A program made the translations under genes and the position numbers. Of a stretch of 64,000 nucleotides of DNA, positions 52,517 through 64,000 are shown piece by piece; the first letter of the stretch is position 1; every line of letters begins with the position of its first letter. Origin of the DNA: Hyphochytrium catenoides (taxonomy: Eukaryota > Protista > Hyphochytriomycota); contig FLMG01002858.1 in the NCBI GenBank assembly GCA_900088475.1, forward strand, positions 1 through 64,000. The letters are read 5' to 3'. Below the pieces are notes generated by a model. It was given only the letters and a program-made list of their open reading frames with translations. It did no database searches and was not told where the DNA came from.

Positions 52517-55500
52517 CACCAAGCCTTGTCCCTTCGGCAGTTTGGAAACCGCCTTGAGAGCCGGTACCCGCTACTATTAGAACGGCTAACGGATGAATTA
52601 TTGAGGGAGGTCCTCTCTAGCGGGTAACGGTATTTTTATTGCTGACCAGTTTCCTTCTTCTTGGCGGTTGTTCCAATAGTTTGGATGATGATGATGATGA
52701 ATCATTGAATAATAGCCCACGCTCCTCCTCACGGACGGGATCCATCGGCGTCCCACCACTCTTCCTCTGTACGATACCCTGCTGACTGTCCTCGTTGGCA
52801 ACGCAGATTCCTCCTTCGAATCGACTAGAGGTCATGAGAAGGTTATCTATAAGAGTTTGCCTTTAGATATAAGGCGGCAAGTGAGACGATAACCCGGTGG
52901 CGCCGTTTGAGTTTAATTCTTTCAAGCATCTTTCCCGTCTCTCGACGTCATACCCCTAACATTATCTTAGAAAAAAAGTAGATTATTGATTCAGCAGGCA
53001 CTTCACTACTTATTATGCATTCATTTGCCCGAAGAAACATCTTGTTGTTGGGCTCATGTGAAAGTCTTCCTTGCTTCATACAGCTTGCTTCTCTGCAATG
53101 GATCCAGGTCAGCCAAGGTAAAGACAAAGGTAACAACCCCACTCCCCCTTCCCAGATAGGGTACATTGGAAGCCGCTAGTGGATTTTGCCACTAAAAATA
53201 TCAGACTGGCGTAGTGCTCTTAAAGTTTGTCATGTGCCAGGATAATGAAGCGGTGAGATTGACGTGCTTTGAGCGCTGTTAATAGCACCATCGTCGTGTT
53301 GTCGGAAGCAATGTCCCCATCAGTTTTAGCAAGCGGTGCCTGGAGTCATCCACCACTATAGGATTATCTTAACAATGAGGAGAAGATGGAAAGAAGAGTC
53401 GTGATGGTGGATAGTCTCTTACTAAACGAGATAGTAGCAACACTCCTCATAGTGACCGACGATGCAGTTAAGCGTTAGGGAGATCTTCTAAAGCCTCAGA
53501 ACGTGCTGAGTATGAGGCACAGGGACAAGGAGGTCAACATGAAGTGACCGACTCTATTCGACACCAGTTCAAGAGATAGGAGGTGCTCGCAGGACAGGTA
53601 GTAATAGGAAGGACCATCGTGCGATGGCTGGTTCGGGTCGCCGGCCCTTCTTGTTAAGTGTCATCTTGCTGTGGACCGGAAAAGCTTGCACGTGAGGCTA
53701 ACCTTCTGCAAGTGTGTGAGGCCTAGTGTAAGGAGACCTCTGAAAGAGAATGGAGAACGCAGGGAACGCTGCTGCAATGGACTACCAACATAATCGCGCG
53801 TATTATGAGACTATGAAAGGAAGTATTATTAGCACCTTATAGTGGGCTACATGGATGAAGAGGAGGAGAAGGAAGGGCTTCGTAATAACTGAAGGAGCGT
53901 CAGTCATCGCTATCGTTCTGCTGCTGCGGCTGTCCCCTGGCTGGGCTGTCGTCAGTTAGAATACTCTGTAACTTCCTTCTCTTGCCTGCTCTATAATCTC
54001 TCAGGTCGTAGTAAGAGCTCTCACACACAGCAAAAGAATCAGATTAGGCTACGCAGCAGGGGATGTGTACATACATCGCAGCCTTCTTTATGCCCAGGCT
54101 GATCCCCCAACCCACAACCATGTCATCGCTGTGCTAATGAGAAGTGCCAAAGGAAGTGAGAAGTGACGCCTCAACTCTTCTTAACGGTTGCCGCCTCTTC
54201 TTGATGGCGTCTCCTCCCTCTCCTCTAGGCTCATCTATTTCCCGCGCCGTCGCCACCTGTCTGATTCATCCCCAGGGCCCCATCTCGCTCCATACGCTCT
54301 TCCTCGTTCCTCTTGCTTCCCCGTAATACTGCACGAAGCATCCTCAAACTTCTGACCCTTGAAAGTGATTAGGCGTTACTGTTCAAGAGTGGTTTCGACT
54401 CCTGTCCTCATGTGATTGACGTGACGTGACGGGACAGTATCCTGTGCTCTCTGTGAGTCCAGTAACCTCCCTAATTCTCTTAGGTACCCATCTGGTGTGC
54501 AAAACGGACGCCATGGCAGCTCGAATCAGTGTGGCAGTGAAGGAAGACGCTATACAGTAGATTGTAGGAGAGAGGCACAACAGAAAGCAGCGTAAAAGTA
54601 CTGAGAGGAAAATCGGGGAGGGGAAAGCGACGGAAGTAGTAATAATAAGAGTCAATCTCTGTTTTGTTTCTTCTGGGGATGGGAACGCCTTCTTTTCGCT
54701 TAGAGAAGTGACGATATTGTTAGAGCTCTATAGAAATACCAAAGGAGAGTTGCCAGGCGAAAGCACTCTCCTTCCTCTTGGTTCTCTTTCTTTCTTTCAT
54801 TTCTTATGATTAGTGGTTGAAGTTGCATCTTCCTCTTGATGAGGGCAGGGCGTCCTTTAAATATGACAGGCTTCTGGAGAGGACGAGATGGGGAGAAAAA
54901 ACGGGCGATGAGAAAGGTAAGGCGATGGAACCAGTTCTGAGCAAGAAGGAGTACCACCTCCTAGAGAAGAGGTAGTAGATCTCTAGATGAAGAAAACGAC
55001 AATAGCAATGACAACAGCAGGAAGGTGCTTTGTCATCTCTGCCTTGCGACTATTGGTACCGTCTCAGTCGTACTATTATGCCTCTCTCTGTCCTTGATCT
55101 CTTGTACGAACCCAACGGTTGTCACTATTACTGCGCCATCGGAAAGCCTTGGCTGCGATTGGAGAGCGCGGACCGAAAGTGCAGCTTGGGCCTTGGAATC
55201 AGAGAGAGGAGACGCCTCATTTTCTTCGTCTTCTCAACTGTCTTTTCCCCTTTCCTCTTGCGCCACTCTTTTTCTCCACCTTTCCATAGGAAACTGGTGC
55301 TTCGAGTCGTGCCTCTTCACTCGCTCTTTCTCGTCGTGCAGGGGAAGTGAGAGGGGAAGGCGCCACCAGCTGAAGAGGTGGATCGAGACACACTTTGAAA
55401 GCTGTTACATTTCACATTCTTTGTAGGTTACCGCGCAACATTATTATGCGGAAATAGGGTAGACCGGGTGGTCATCCCTCCACTAAATGTGTCACAGGAT

Positions 55501-56559
55501 GGAGTGTCAAGAGAGGTGCATATACACTGATCGGCCCATCGCCTTCCTCAGCTGCACACAACAGGAAAAAGAGTAGGAAAGTTCATGTCAATTTACAGAC
55601 AAGCGGCCATTGAAGTATATCTGTCAAATATGTGTTTTTCATATATGTCGTAAAAGGAGAAATTTACAGGTGATCCATTGATCCTTCATCTTGTTCTACA
55701 GTACCCTTGTAAAGAATAAAGAATTGCTGTGTTTTTATAAATGTCTAGTTGTTTTGCAGTGATCATTTGTTTTTGACTGTCAATTATGAAGAGGAAACTG
55801 GAGCTGGTCTCCTGATTCTTCACTTCCTTCTGAAGAGTCACTGGGAGCCAGGGACCAAGCTGCAGCTCGGCTCACTGAAGGGCATGAAGGGGAAGGAAGA
55901 AGCTGGAAGGCAACAGAGTGAGGCATGAGCGGTGCGTTACTTCTGTGTGGGTCAACGAGAGAGAGAGAGAGGGGATAGAAGAGGGAGAGAGCGGACAGAG
56001 AGAAAGAAAGAGAGGGAGCAGGTGTCTAGAAAGAACCATCGGGGAGGAAAACCTTGAAGTACGAGGAGTATCGACCAGAGACAACAAGCCGTACAGTTAG
56101 GTAGCAGGAACCTTCCAGGAGGAGTAGCAACAGGACAAGGATACCCTGGAAGATGCCAGAGAGATTTAGGCAAAGCCTGGTCTCTTGACTGTTGGGACAG
56201 TTGAGCTACAGTCTGTCCTATCACCCCTAGTCTTTCTACTTAGGCAGAAGAGCTGCCAAAGCAGACTAGGAAAAGCCAGGAAAAAGAGAAGTAACAGTCG
56301 AACAACGTGCAAAGGTGAAAGCTAGTGCTGCCGGCCGTAGGAAGGCATCAGCTTCCATCGTTTCGCATCTCTCCCGTCACGGGCAGACCTGAGCGAAGGC
56401 TCCTGAGCCCAAGGTAGCACTGCCCTTTTTCTCTTCATTCCTGACTTTTCTCCCTTTCTGATCACGGCCTGGCGTCAGTTCCACCACAGCGCGGTCTGGC
56501 TATCGACGAGCATCAAAGTAGAAGCGCCGGTTATCTGGCAGACTCTAAAAGGGAGCACA

Positions 56560-57297
56560 ATGAAGATTAGCGACATGATCAACTCTTGCTCTGACGAGCT
56601 CCAAGACAGCAAAATGACGATAATGCAGGTAGCTCCAGTGCGACCCATTGATAACTCTGTGACAACACCGCCCGCTACTGTCAAGTGCGACCTTCCCCGG
56701 CTCCATATTGAGCGGAACTGGGTGGAGCCCATGGGCGTTCCCAGAAAGACCGGAATGACAACTCCGATTAGAGAAAAGGTGCTCCGCAAACTATCCATAG
56801 ATTATGCCATTCAGAAGCCCCAGTCTGGACTTCTGACGCTAACGGCCATCGCCGAGATCATCGAAGAGGACAATTTATCAGTCCGAAAGCCTAGCATTGC
56901 TGACCTGGGCATCAAGGACATAAAGCCCGCTTCGATTCTTTCTATCCACGCTGTCGTCCCAACAAGAACTCCTGCGCAATCTGAGAATCTCCCCAGTGGC
57001 CTGGCTGCAGAAGTTGTCGCTACCGATGACAGGCTGCCAAGGAAATTGGCCCGCATTCTGGCTCAGCCCCCTCTCTTGTCTTCTACTTCTTCCACCTATC
57101 GCGGACGATGCAAGTATAAGACAGGAAAATGCTTCAACGAGCGTGCCGTGAAGGTCAACGGCAGGCCTCACAACCTATGCGACCATCACAGATCGAAGCA
57201 AAACAGCAACCAGCGGAAGCTCGACAGGAAGATTCGAGAAAAACGCCACGACGTGACAGCCGTGGTCCTAGGGTCAGTAAAAAGAAGGAAGGCATGA
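56560..57297 (+). CDS. Putative transcription factor with a C-x6-C-x15-C-x2-H zinc finger and basic helix
   Basis: CKYKTGKCFNERAVKVNGRPHNLCDHHRSKQNSNQRKLDRK and a C-terminal NLS-like KRRK. A 3' splice-site-like signal at ~56420-56478 suggests an upstream exon. Confidence 0.8.
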   Translation: MKISDMINSCSDELQDSKMTIMQVAPVRPIDNSVTTPPATVKCDLPRLHIERNWVEPMGVPRKTGMTTPIREKVLRKLSIDYAIQKPQSGLLTLTAIAEIIEEDNLSVRKPSIADLGIKDIKPASILSIHAVVPTRTPAQSENLPSGLAAEVVATDDRLPRKLARILAQPPLLSSTSSTYRGRCKYKTGKCFNERAVKVNGRPHNLCDHHRSKQNSNQRKLDRKIREKRHDVTAVVLGSVKRRKA

Positions 57298-57467
57298 AGT
57301 GAGCCCAGTCATTCAGCGACTGACGGCTTGGCGAATCAACAACCTCCCACTATTCACAGCTCTGCTTTGCGGGCCAGCTTCATCACCCTATTTATTTAGC
57401 TGTCTTGCTAGGACCTGGTGCTGGCTCTTGTCGTGTTAGCATATGTTCCCTTTCCTATTGTACAAGT

Positions 57468-59998
57468 CTATATGTGGCTCCATAGAAAGCGCGGTAGACC
57501 CGTCGTTGTAGGCCTCTCCGTGTTACTTTTTAAATCTATATCGATCATTTGTCGTCTTTCCGCGTTCGACCTTCCTGTACTTCGTGCGCAAGCTGCGTTT
57601 TCTACTAAAAGCACTATCCAGTCCATCCTTGGCCTTTCTTATAGAGTCATAGAGAAGGATATTCTCCGACGTGACCACGTTCGTCACTAATAGAATATAA
57701 GGGGTCAGTAGACGTTAGGGCTGCCAAAGTGCTAGACATATCTAGGCTTACCTCGGCCTTCGCGGCCAAATCTGCCAGTCCTGCCCACTCTATGGATGTG
57801 GGAGACAACGTCTCGAGCAAAGTCGAGCTGTATCACGTGGTCTACCTAAAGGGAGCCGATGGTAGTACAAGCGAGCCGCAGCGATGAAGGTTAGTTCATT
57901 AGAGTTAAGAGTTAACCATGGTCAAGACTTACATGAGATGTGTCAATGCCTCTGGCACCCAGGTCAGTGGAGACTAACACTTTGACGTCTCCCATGAAAA
58001 ATTGTCCCAGTCTTGCCTCTCTCTCTAGGGAACGAAGATCCTATATGGCACCAGTGAGTAGGACACGACATTCTAGACTACAACCTCATCATCAAACCTT
58101 ATGAAGGGAGACAGCCGGTACTGACGATTCCTTGAGAAAAGCGGCAACACTTTCCGCTCTCTCGCCGGTCTCTACGAATACTATAGACGGCTGTCCATCT
58201 AATAGCTACATTGTGTGCACGTTACATGAGCGGCTAGAGGAAAGCGTCAGATGCAGCTTAGCATTAAACACCGACCTCGATCAGTAGCTTGTTCTTGCTG
58301 TTGCAAAGTGGTTCAGTGGTCTGCGGTGTCGGCAAAAGAGTTCCGCCAGCATCAGGGACATCTTGTAGAGAGCCATTGGGAAGTCTTGTCACTTCTAGGC
58401 TATCCGTGATAAAGATATCTTCCTCCGTTAACTTGGGGTTAAATTTGTGAAGCAGCTACGAAGGGAAGGACGGTATAAGGTAGCAAGGTAAGCTCAGGTA
58501 ACAACAGGCAGATGCGACTCATCTAGTGACCCTACGGAAGTTTTGATCCAGGAGGCTCGAGGAAACTTCTTGGTAATATAGCTGTGGACCGATAAGGGGC
58601 CATAATCGGGAATTGTGGCCTAAAGTCAGTGACCAAGAGTCAGACGATGTTCAACAACGCTGATACGACTGTATCCTATAGGACAAGCAAGCAGTCGATG
58701 AAGTGTACGAGAGGCAGGCTCCTCACCCCAGCGAACACTACTTGAGGAGCAGGAGAGCGCCAACCAGGAGTGACCTCCCGGTTAAGCACCAGGCGAGACA
58801 GGATCAGCTTAGTGTCGCGCTCATAACCTCCTGACAGCAAAAGATCAGCCTCATCCACTACGAGTACTTTGACGCTTGAGAGCTTCAAGAGTTCTCCAGT
58901 ATTTTTGATCCTAAAGTTCTAGGGGGCTATTAGAGTTAGTTGGAAGCGAGCGGAGAGGAGCGCCACGGACCCAATAGGAAAAAGGATAAACATTTAAGAG
59001 GAGGAGAACGGACAAAGGACAGAAAGATAGAGAAGATGAGCTTATTCCAAGGCACGCGTAGATTCCAGCACCAACCTCTAACAAATGGTGGGGAGTGCTC
59101 ACTAGTACTCTACGCTTGGTCAGTGATCCTGGTGCCGGTGCAGCTAGAACCTGCACTGCCTCAGCCAGCTCGCTATCGAGATCCGACGCCATCTTCTTCA
59201 CCTTAGTTTATAGTGAGTCAGAGCTTGATCAGACATGCCGGGATCATGCGAGAGGGATGAGGCTAAGAAAAAGTAAGCACCCGGACGCTATTGCGGGAGT
59301 AGACGGGGCTCAGGTGCATGGAGAACTATAGATTGAGAAGCCTTCCAGGACTGACCCTCTATGCACGCCTTCCACTCTTTATTCCATGCCCACGACAAAG
59401 AAAATAATGCTCTCAAGGCCTGCTTCTGTTTGTCCCTCCAGACAGGTAAGTGTACTCTTCAGCTTACCTGTGCTGCCAGCTCCTTGTTTGGCACTAAGAC
59501 AATGGCCACTGGACCCTTACTTGACTCTTCTGTGGTAGAGGTTACACTCACCGCAGTTGACGACTCTCCTGACCTCCACACAACGTCCCAGAGCCTCAAT
59601 AAATACGTTAGTGTCTTTCCGCTGCCCGTCTCCGCAGCGAGCACTGTGCTGGAGCCCTTAAGGAGCTCGGGTAGAGCCTGTCATCATTGGCAGAAAATGT
59701 CAGTGTCATTTTCACAGAAAGACGCGATGACGCAGAGCATTTAGCAGGCAGGAAGCCCTCTGGCGTCACCTGTGCCTGAACCTCCGAGGCCTTTCTGAAG
59801 GGGCTTCTTTGCAATCGGCTCCGTAAGCTTTCGGGGACGAAAGCCATGTCCTCGAACAAGGCTGCTTCTTGAGAACCACTCTCACTACTGAGGGCTGCGA
59901 CGTTCACAGTAAGGCTAAACCTNNNNNNNNNNNNNNNNNNNNNNNNNNNNNNNNNNNNNNNNNNNNNNNNNGGCCTGACTACGAAGTAGAGAAAGCAT
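57468..59998 (-). CDS. DEAD-box RNA helicase, RH22/DDX28-like, probably mitochondrial
   Basis: Q motif (FEDM...ASEVQ), AETGSGKT, VPNKELAAQ, STP, DEAD, variant motif III GAT, TDLGARGID, HRVGRTGR and C-terminal AFSRKRSLR. The probable start MLSLLRSQA at 59998 is presequence-like. An N gap interrupts the 5' part. Confidence 0.9.
59923..59971. other. Assembly gap in the helicase N-terminus
   Basis: N run. Confidence 1.
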
Positions 59999-60523
59999 CT
60001 GTCCTTCGCACGCACACACAGGGATTGATGATCTGCTACCAACTTGAGCCCCGTCCCGCCAGGCTCCTTATGGCTTGGGAATCATCATCAAGCAGCTCTG
60101 TCGACCTTGACGGAGAGGAGGGATCACTTGCATCACTAGGAGGCTCGATCTGTTACTTGGGAGGAAGGAGCCTGAAGGTGATGGACGGGACAGACGGATG
60201 ATGGTTCGCATCTACCACGTTCGCATAACTAGCCGGTAACGACACTAATATGGCCCACCCGTCCTGCTGAATCTGTAATAGGTTCATTTATTGTCAACAG
60301 AGTGGATGGGCGCAAGTGGGCTGAATGGGCTACAGCATGATGGGAGTTTATTTCTGAGAGACTTGGAAGTATGGAAGTTCAGGCGTCTTGCAGTCCTTGC
60401 TATAAGGCTTTTGATGCATTATGAGAAGCTGCGGCGGCTGTCCTCGCAGCTCTGGGAGCCCAGGTGGTGGGAGGCCGTGATAGACGCAGTCTTTATTACT
60501 ATCTTCGACGTGGGCAGCGCTGA

Positions 60524-62190
60524 TCACCGCTGCTTGGCTTCGTCTAGTAGCTCTATAAAGGCAGCTTGAATGGCCTTTACTACCGGATGTAGTTCTTTGC
60601 AAACGGCGGCGTCCAGAGTCACCCCAAGTCTAACCTGTAACGCCGACCAAAGTATCGTTTGTGTGAGAGCGGAGGTAACATTCTAGCTAGGCGTGATGTT
60701 GAGACGTGACAATTGCTGGTGTTACCTTGCCGTCATAGCTGCTCATGCAACCTCCAGCTATCACTGCCCCTGATGCCGGTGGCCAGGCAAAGAGGTCGTG
60801 CACCTTCCTGCCACCAAAAAAGATTGGCTTGACAGGACCAGGAACATTCGACAACACTGTGATGAGGAGGCAGTTTTTAGCTTTCTCTATAAAACTAGGT
60901 GCAACTGCGAAGTACAGGGATAATATACTCACAGACAGTGGACTTATTAGTGAGCAGCTGCTGGAGAGCTGTGACCCATGATAGCGGCAAAATGCTTGCC
61001 GCTATGAGCAGAGCAAAGTACATTGCTAGTGGTTCAGGACTTTTCTTCAGGTTCTCCATTCTCTGGTTGACCTTGGTGATAACGTCACCCACAGATTTAC
61101 TCATGCTTGTAGGGAGGTCCACGCCTACGAGGCATAACTTGTTCTCAAGCTTGATGTTCTTCATCTCTCCAGACGTGCGCATGTTCACGGGAATGATGGC
61201 ATTGCAGTCAACTAGCTCTTTGTATCCAATAGCGTACCAGTGCTTCTGAAAGCCCCTCGCAACCACAGCCATGAAGACGTCATTGACGGTTACGTTGAAC
61301 TTATTTTTGATGAGTTTTATGTCCTCCAGATCTATTGGAGGCAGCCAGCCGACGAGCCGCCGCCCTTCAGGCAGTGGGCCGTGGAAAGGGTTATTGTCTG
61401 TTCTGGAAAGGAGTTTCAGGAGCAGGACCATGGGAAGAGACAACGCGGAGTAAACAACCTTCATAAGGTTCCCCCCGTGCTTAGCGATAGAGTTCAGGGC
61501 TGATTTTTGAGACCGTCTCCCACTGTTATGACCCACAGCCTTAGGCATGAGGTCTTCTAACTTTTCGCCATCCCTTGGAGGATCCATTATTCCCTGTAGT
61601 GCCAACCCCAAGAGCCCTACGCCGTCACTCAAAGCGTGATGGAACGTCCATAGCAACACAGTCCTTCCTCCCTCATAGTTCTCAATGCACTCATAAGCCC
61701 AAGGAGAAGCGTTTTGGGGCAGTACGGAGCTATCAGAATACATTTCTCCAAGACGCTGTAGCGCTTGCTCCTCTGAAACCTCTTCCTGACCCGGGAGAGG
61801 TAAGAGCTTTGATGCCGTCATGTGCTTGTCAATAGAGAAGTCAGGATCCGGCCTAAAGTAAAAGTTTTCTCCTTGCAGCTTGATGATTGTGCAGCTAAGT
61901 CGTGGATATCTGGGTATAAGTCTCTCCAAATAGAGCTGCTTCACGGTATCCAGCGAAATTCTGTCACAGACCAAGAGGCCGACAGGAGTCATTGGATTCT
62001 TAGGATCATCTTGGGTCAAGTATTTGTCAATCAAAGAAAGCTTCGTCCAGCCCTTGGCGACCAGCGGAGAGAAGAGAACATTTTTTGTCAGATAAACTGC
62101 CAGGACAATACCCGCTACCCACCAAATTCGCGCAAGAGCGTACGCTGTCAACAACGCGCTGAAGGGCAGAGCTAGGTCTGGGACAAACAT
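60524..62190 (-). CDS. Wax ester synthase/diacylglycerol acyltransferase (WS/DGAT), 3 exons
   Basis: Catalytic HHALSDG, VTVNDV, IPVNMR, SNVPGP and SYDGKVRLGV motifs; hydrophobic N-terminus; stop TGA at 60524-60526. Confidence 0.93.
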
Positions 62191-62852
62191 CTTTCAGGTA
62201 TTGGTCCTTTTTCGGCAGATACGAAGAAGGTGACGTCTGCTGGTAGCGTGATCGGCTCTGGAGTCCTCCCAGCCTTCCTCTTCTAAGGACCAGACTCTAG
62301 GAGTAGCACCACTGCCTACGTGCACTAGTCAGAGCCGCTATCTAGGAGGGCTCTTATCACTTTTTTAATAACCTGGGCTCTTAAGAAAGAATGGCTTGTT
62401 CCAGCTGCTGTTTGTCTGCCCAAACTGTGCTCTCATTCTGAAGTTCATCGGGTCATCATGTCATCATGTCATCGCTACCTCACGTCGGCACCAGAGCAAC
62501 GAGAGCGGAGAGAGTGAAGGTGATTAGGCAGAGTTTGGCAGATCCCTTGGATTACGGTAATCAATTCCTGATAACCACAGGGTAGTTGTGCTGCCTAAGA
62601 CTCAGTTATCGTAAACTTTTCAGTGGATGGCTGGCGCGAATACAGACACAGAGCGCGGGATCTCTCAATGGTGGCGGCAACTACGCGGTATTATCACTGC
62701 AGCGTGATTAATAGAAAGACATTGCTATCGTACTCAAAGAAGTACATTATTATTGACAGAAGGCGCTTCAGACTTCATAGGACGAAGAATCACTTTCTTG
62801 CAAGCTTCAGGAGATCTGTAAGAGCTCTATTTGCCGGGACTGAGACTGAACC

Positions 62853-63603
62853 ATGGTAAGTGCTGTTCGTTGGCTATAACCTAGCGGGTTGGTGTAGATG
62901 ATCCGTCATGCCTACCACTTCGTAAATCTTTCTCTGTTACGTCAACTGGGAGTTCATTTAGTGGAAGGGTGAGGGGTTGTCCTATTGCGAACGAGGGTTA
63001 CCCCAGCAGCTAACGCTTGCGTCTAGTCGCTCGTTATCGCCCCCGAGTTCCAGCACATTCTTCGTGTTCTTAACACGAACATTGATGGACGGCGCAAGGT
63101 TATGTACGCCTTGACCTCCATTAAGGGTGTGGGCCGCCGTTTCTCAAACCTCATCTGCAAGAAGGCTGAGGTTGACCCCACCAAGAGGTGAGCTATCGCA
63201 TTTCAATAAGCCTACTACGCCCCAGCTAATCAAGAAAACTTTAGAGCCGGAGAGCTTACCAACGATGAGATCGAGCGGTTGGTAGCTATTATTCAGAACC
63301 CTCTGCAGTTCAAGATCCCCCAGTGGTTCCTGAACAGACAGAAGGACCACAAGACCGGCAAGTTCAGCCAGGTCTTCGCTAACCAGCTTGAGGGCAAGCT
63401 CCGTGACGACCTCGAGCGCCTTAAGAAGATCCGGTATGTCAGTTTCTCTAGTTGTATAAGGCTCTCCCTGTATAGGCTGACGAGGCTACTTGCTCAGTGC
63501 TCACCGCGGTCTTCGCCACTGGTGGGGAATCAAGGTTCGTGGACAGCACACAAAGACCACCGGTCGTCGCGGACGCACTGTGGGCATTGCTGGCAAGAAG
63601 TAA
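62853..63603 (+). CDS. RPS18: 40S ribosomal protein S18 (uS13), 4 exons
   Basis: Exons 62853-62855, 63027-63187, 63245-63433 and 63498-63603 give [22 protein letters not shown]...[12 protein letters not shown]...[33 protein letters not shown]. Confidence 0.98.
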
Positions 63604-64000
63604 GGTTAGAAATTGGTACGGCGGATGGTTTAGCGAGCGTCTCATGGGTGAGGTTCTTCTATTGTTCAAATAAACTACTTGACGTGCCCACCCTCTGAGA
63701 AGCTCGCCTTTTCTGTCGAAGAAGCACCGTTATAGTGGCCGTAGAACGAGAGAGAAAACAAAAGTAGCATAGGAGGTTCTACGTTTTGGCGGCTGGAACG
63801 AAGATTTTCTTGGCCTTCGTATTGGAATAGCGAAATGTCTGGTTAGGGAACCGCCTTCCCTTTAGAACTTCTAAGTCGTGATACGGAAGAAGTTATAGCG
63901 AAAGGAAATTACAGGAGTAGCGAAGGGCGCGGGCGGGAGTGGATAGATGGAGTGAACAGTGGTTGTTGGTGAGAGCTCGGCTCTGGTAAACCTTGGAGAT

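Noticed and set aside
52406-52835. Short polyQ/polyS ORFs
   Set aside because: Driven by trinucleotide repeats; no domain or consistent exon chain
54360-54412. TTCGACTCC resembling a tRNA T-loop
   Set aside because: No cloverleaf, D-arm or acceptor stem could be built
55560-55800. Locally AT-rich patch
   Set aside because: No ORF, terminal repeats or TSD; cannot be distinguished from ordinary intergenic DNA
62856-63026. snoRNA in RPS18 intron 1
   Set aside because: No convincing C (RTGATGA) plus D (CTGA) pair or H/ACA layout

Overview
Intron-rich eukaryotic nuclear DNA (GT-AG introns, CTRAC/CTRAT branch points, many (AG)n/(TC)n microsatellites, three N gaps). It probably comes from a stramenopile related to oomycetes; this is inferred only from two zinc-finger families I associate with that group. 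I traced gene models by hand. In order: the 5' part of a PDZ-like gene (-); a ~38-exon gene (-) in which a kinesin-4 motor and stalk splice in frame into a full MAP65/Ase1/PRC1 module; a small zinc-knuckle protein (+); an SLC35F6/CRT-like transporter (-); the NMD kinase SMG1 (+); two intronless, bacterial-looking GyrI-like genes in tandem (-); a coiled-coil protein (+); a channel-type CLC (-); a C3H zinc-finger putative transcription factor (+); an RH22/DDX28-like DEAD-box helicase (-); a WS/DGAT acyltransferase (-); and RPS18 (+). The most interesting feature is the kinesin-4::MAP65/PRC1 fusion, which puts the two partners of the spindle-midzone module into one polypeptide. Next are the GyrI-like pair (candidate horizontal transfer), a GTAC-rich fold-back element in a divergent promoter, and a tandem array of branch-point motifs in a SMG1 intron. 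Exon models are manual and lack transcript support, and I could not check novelty against databases.
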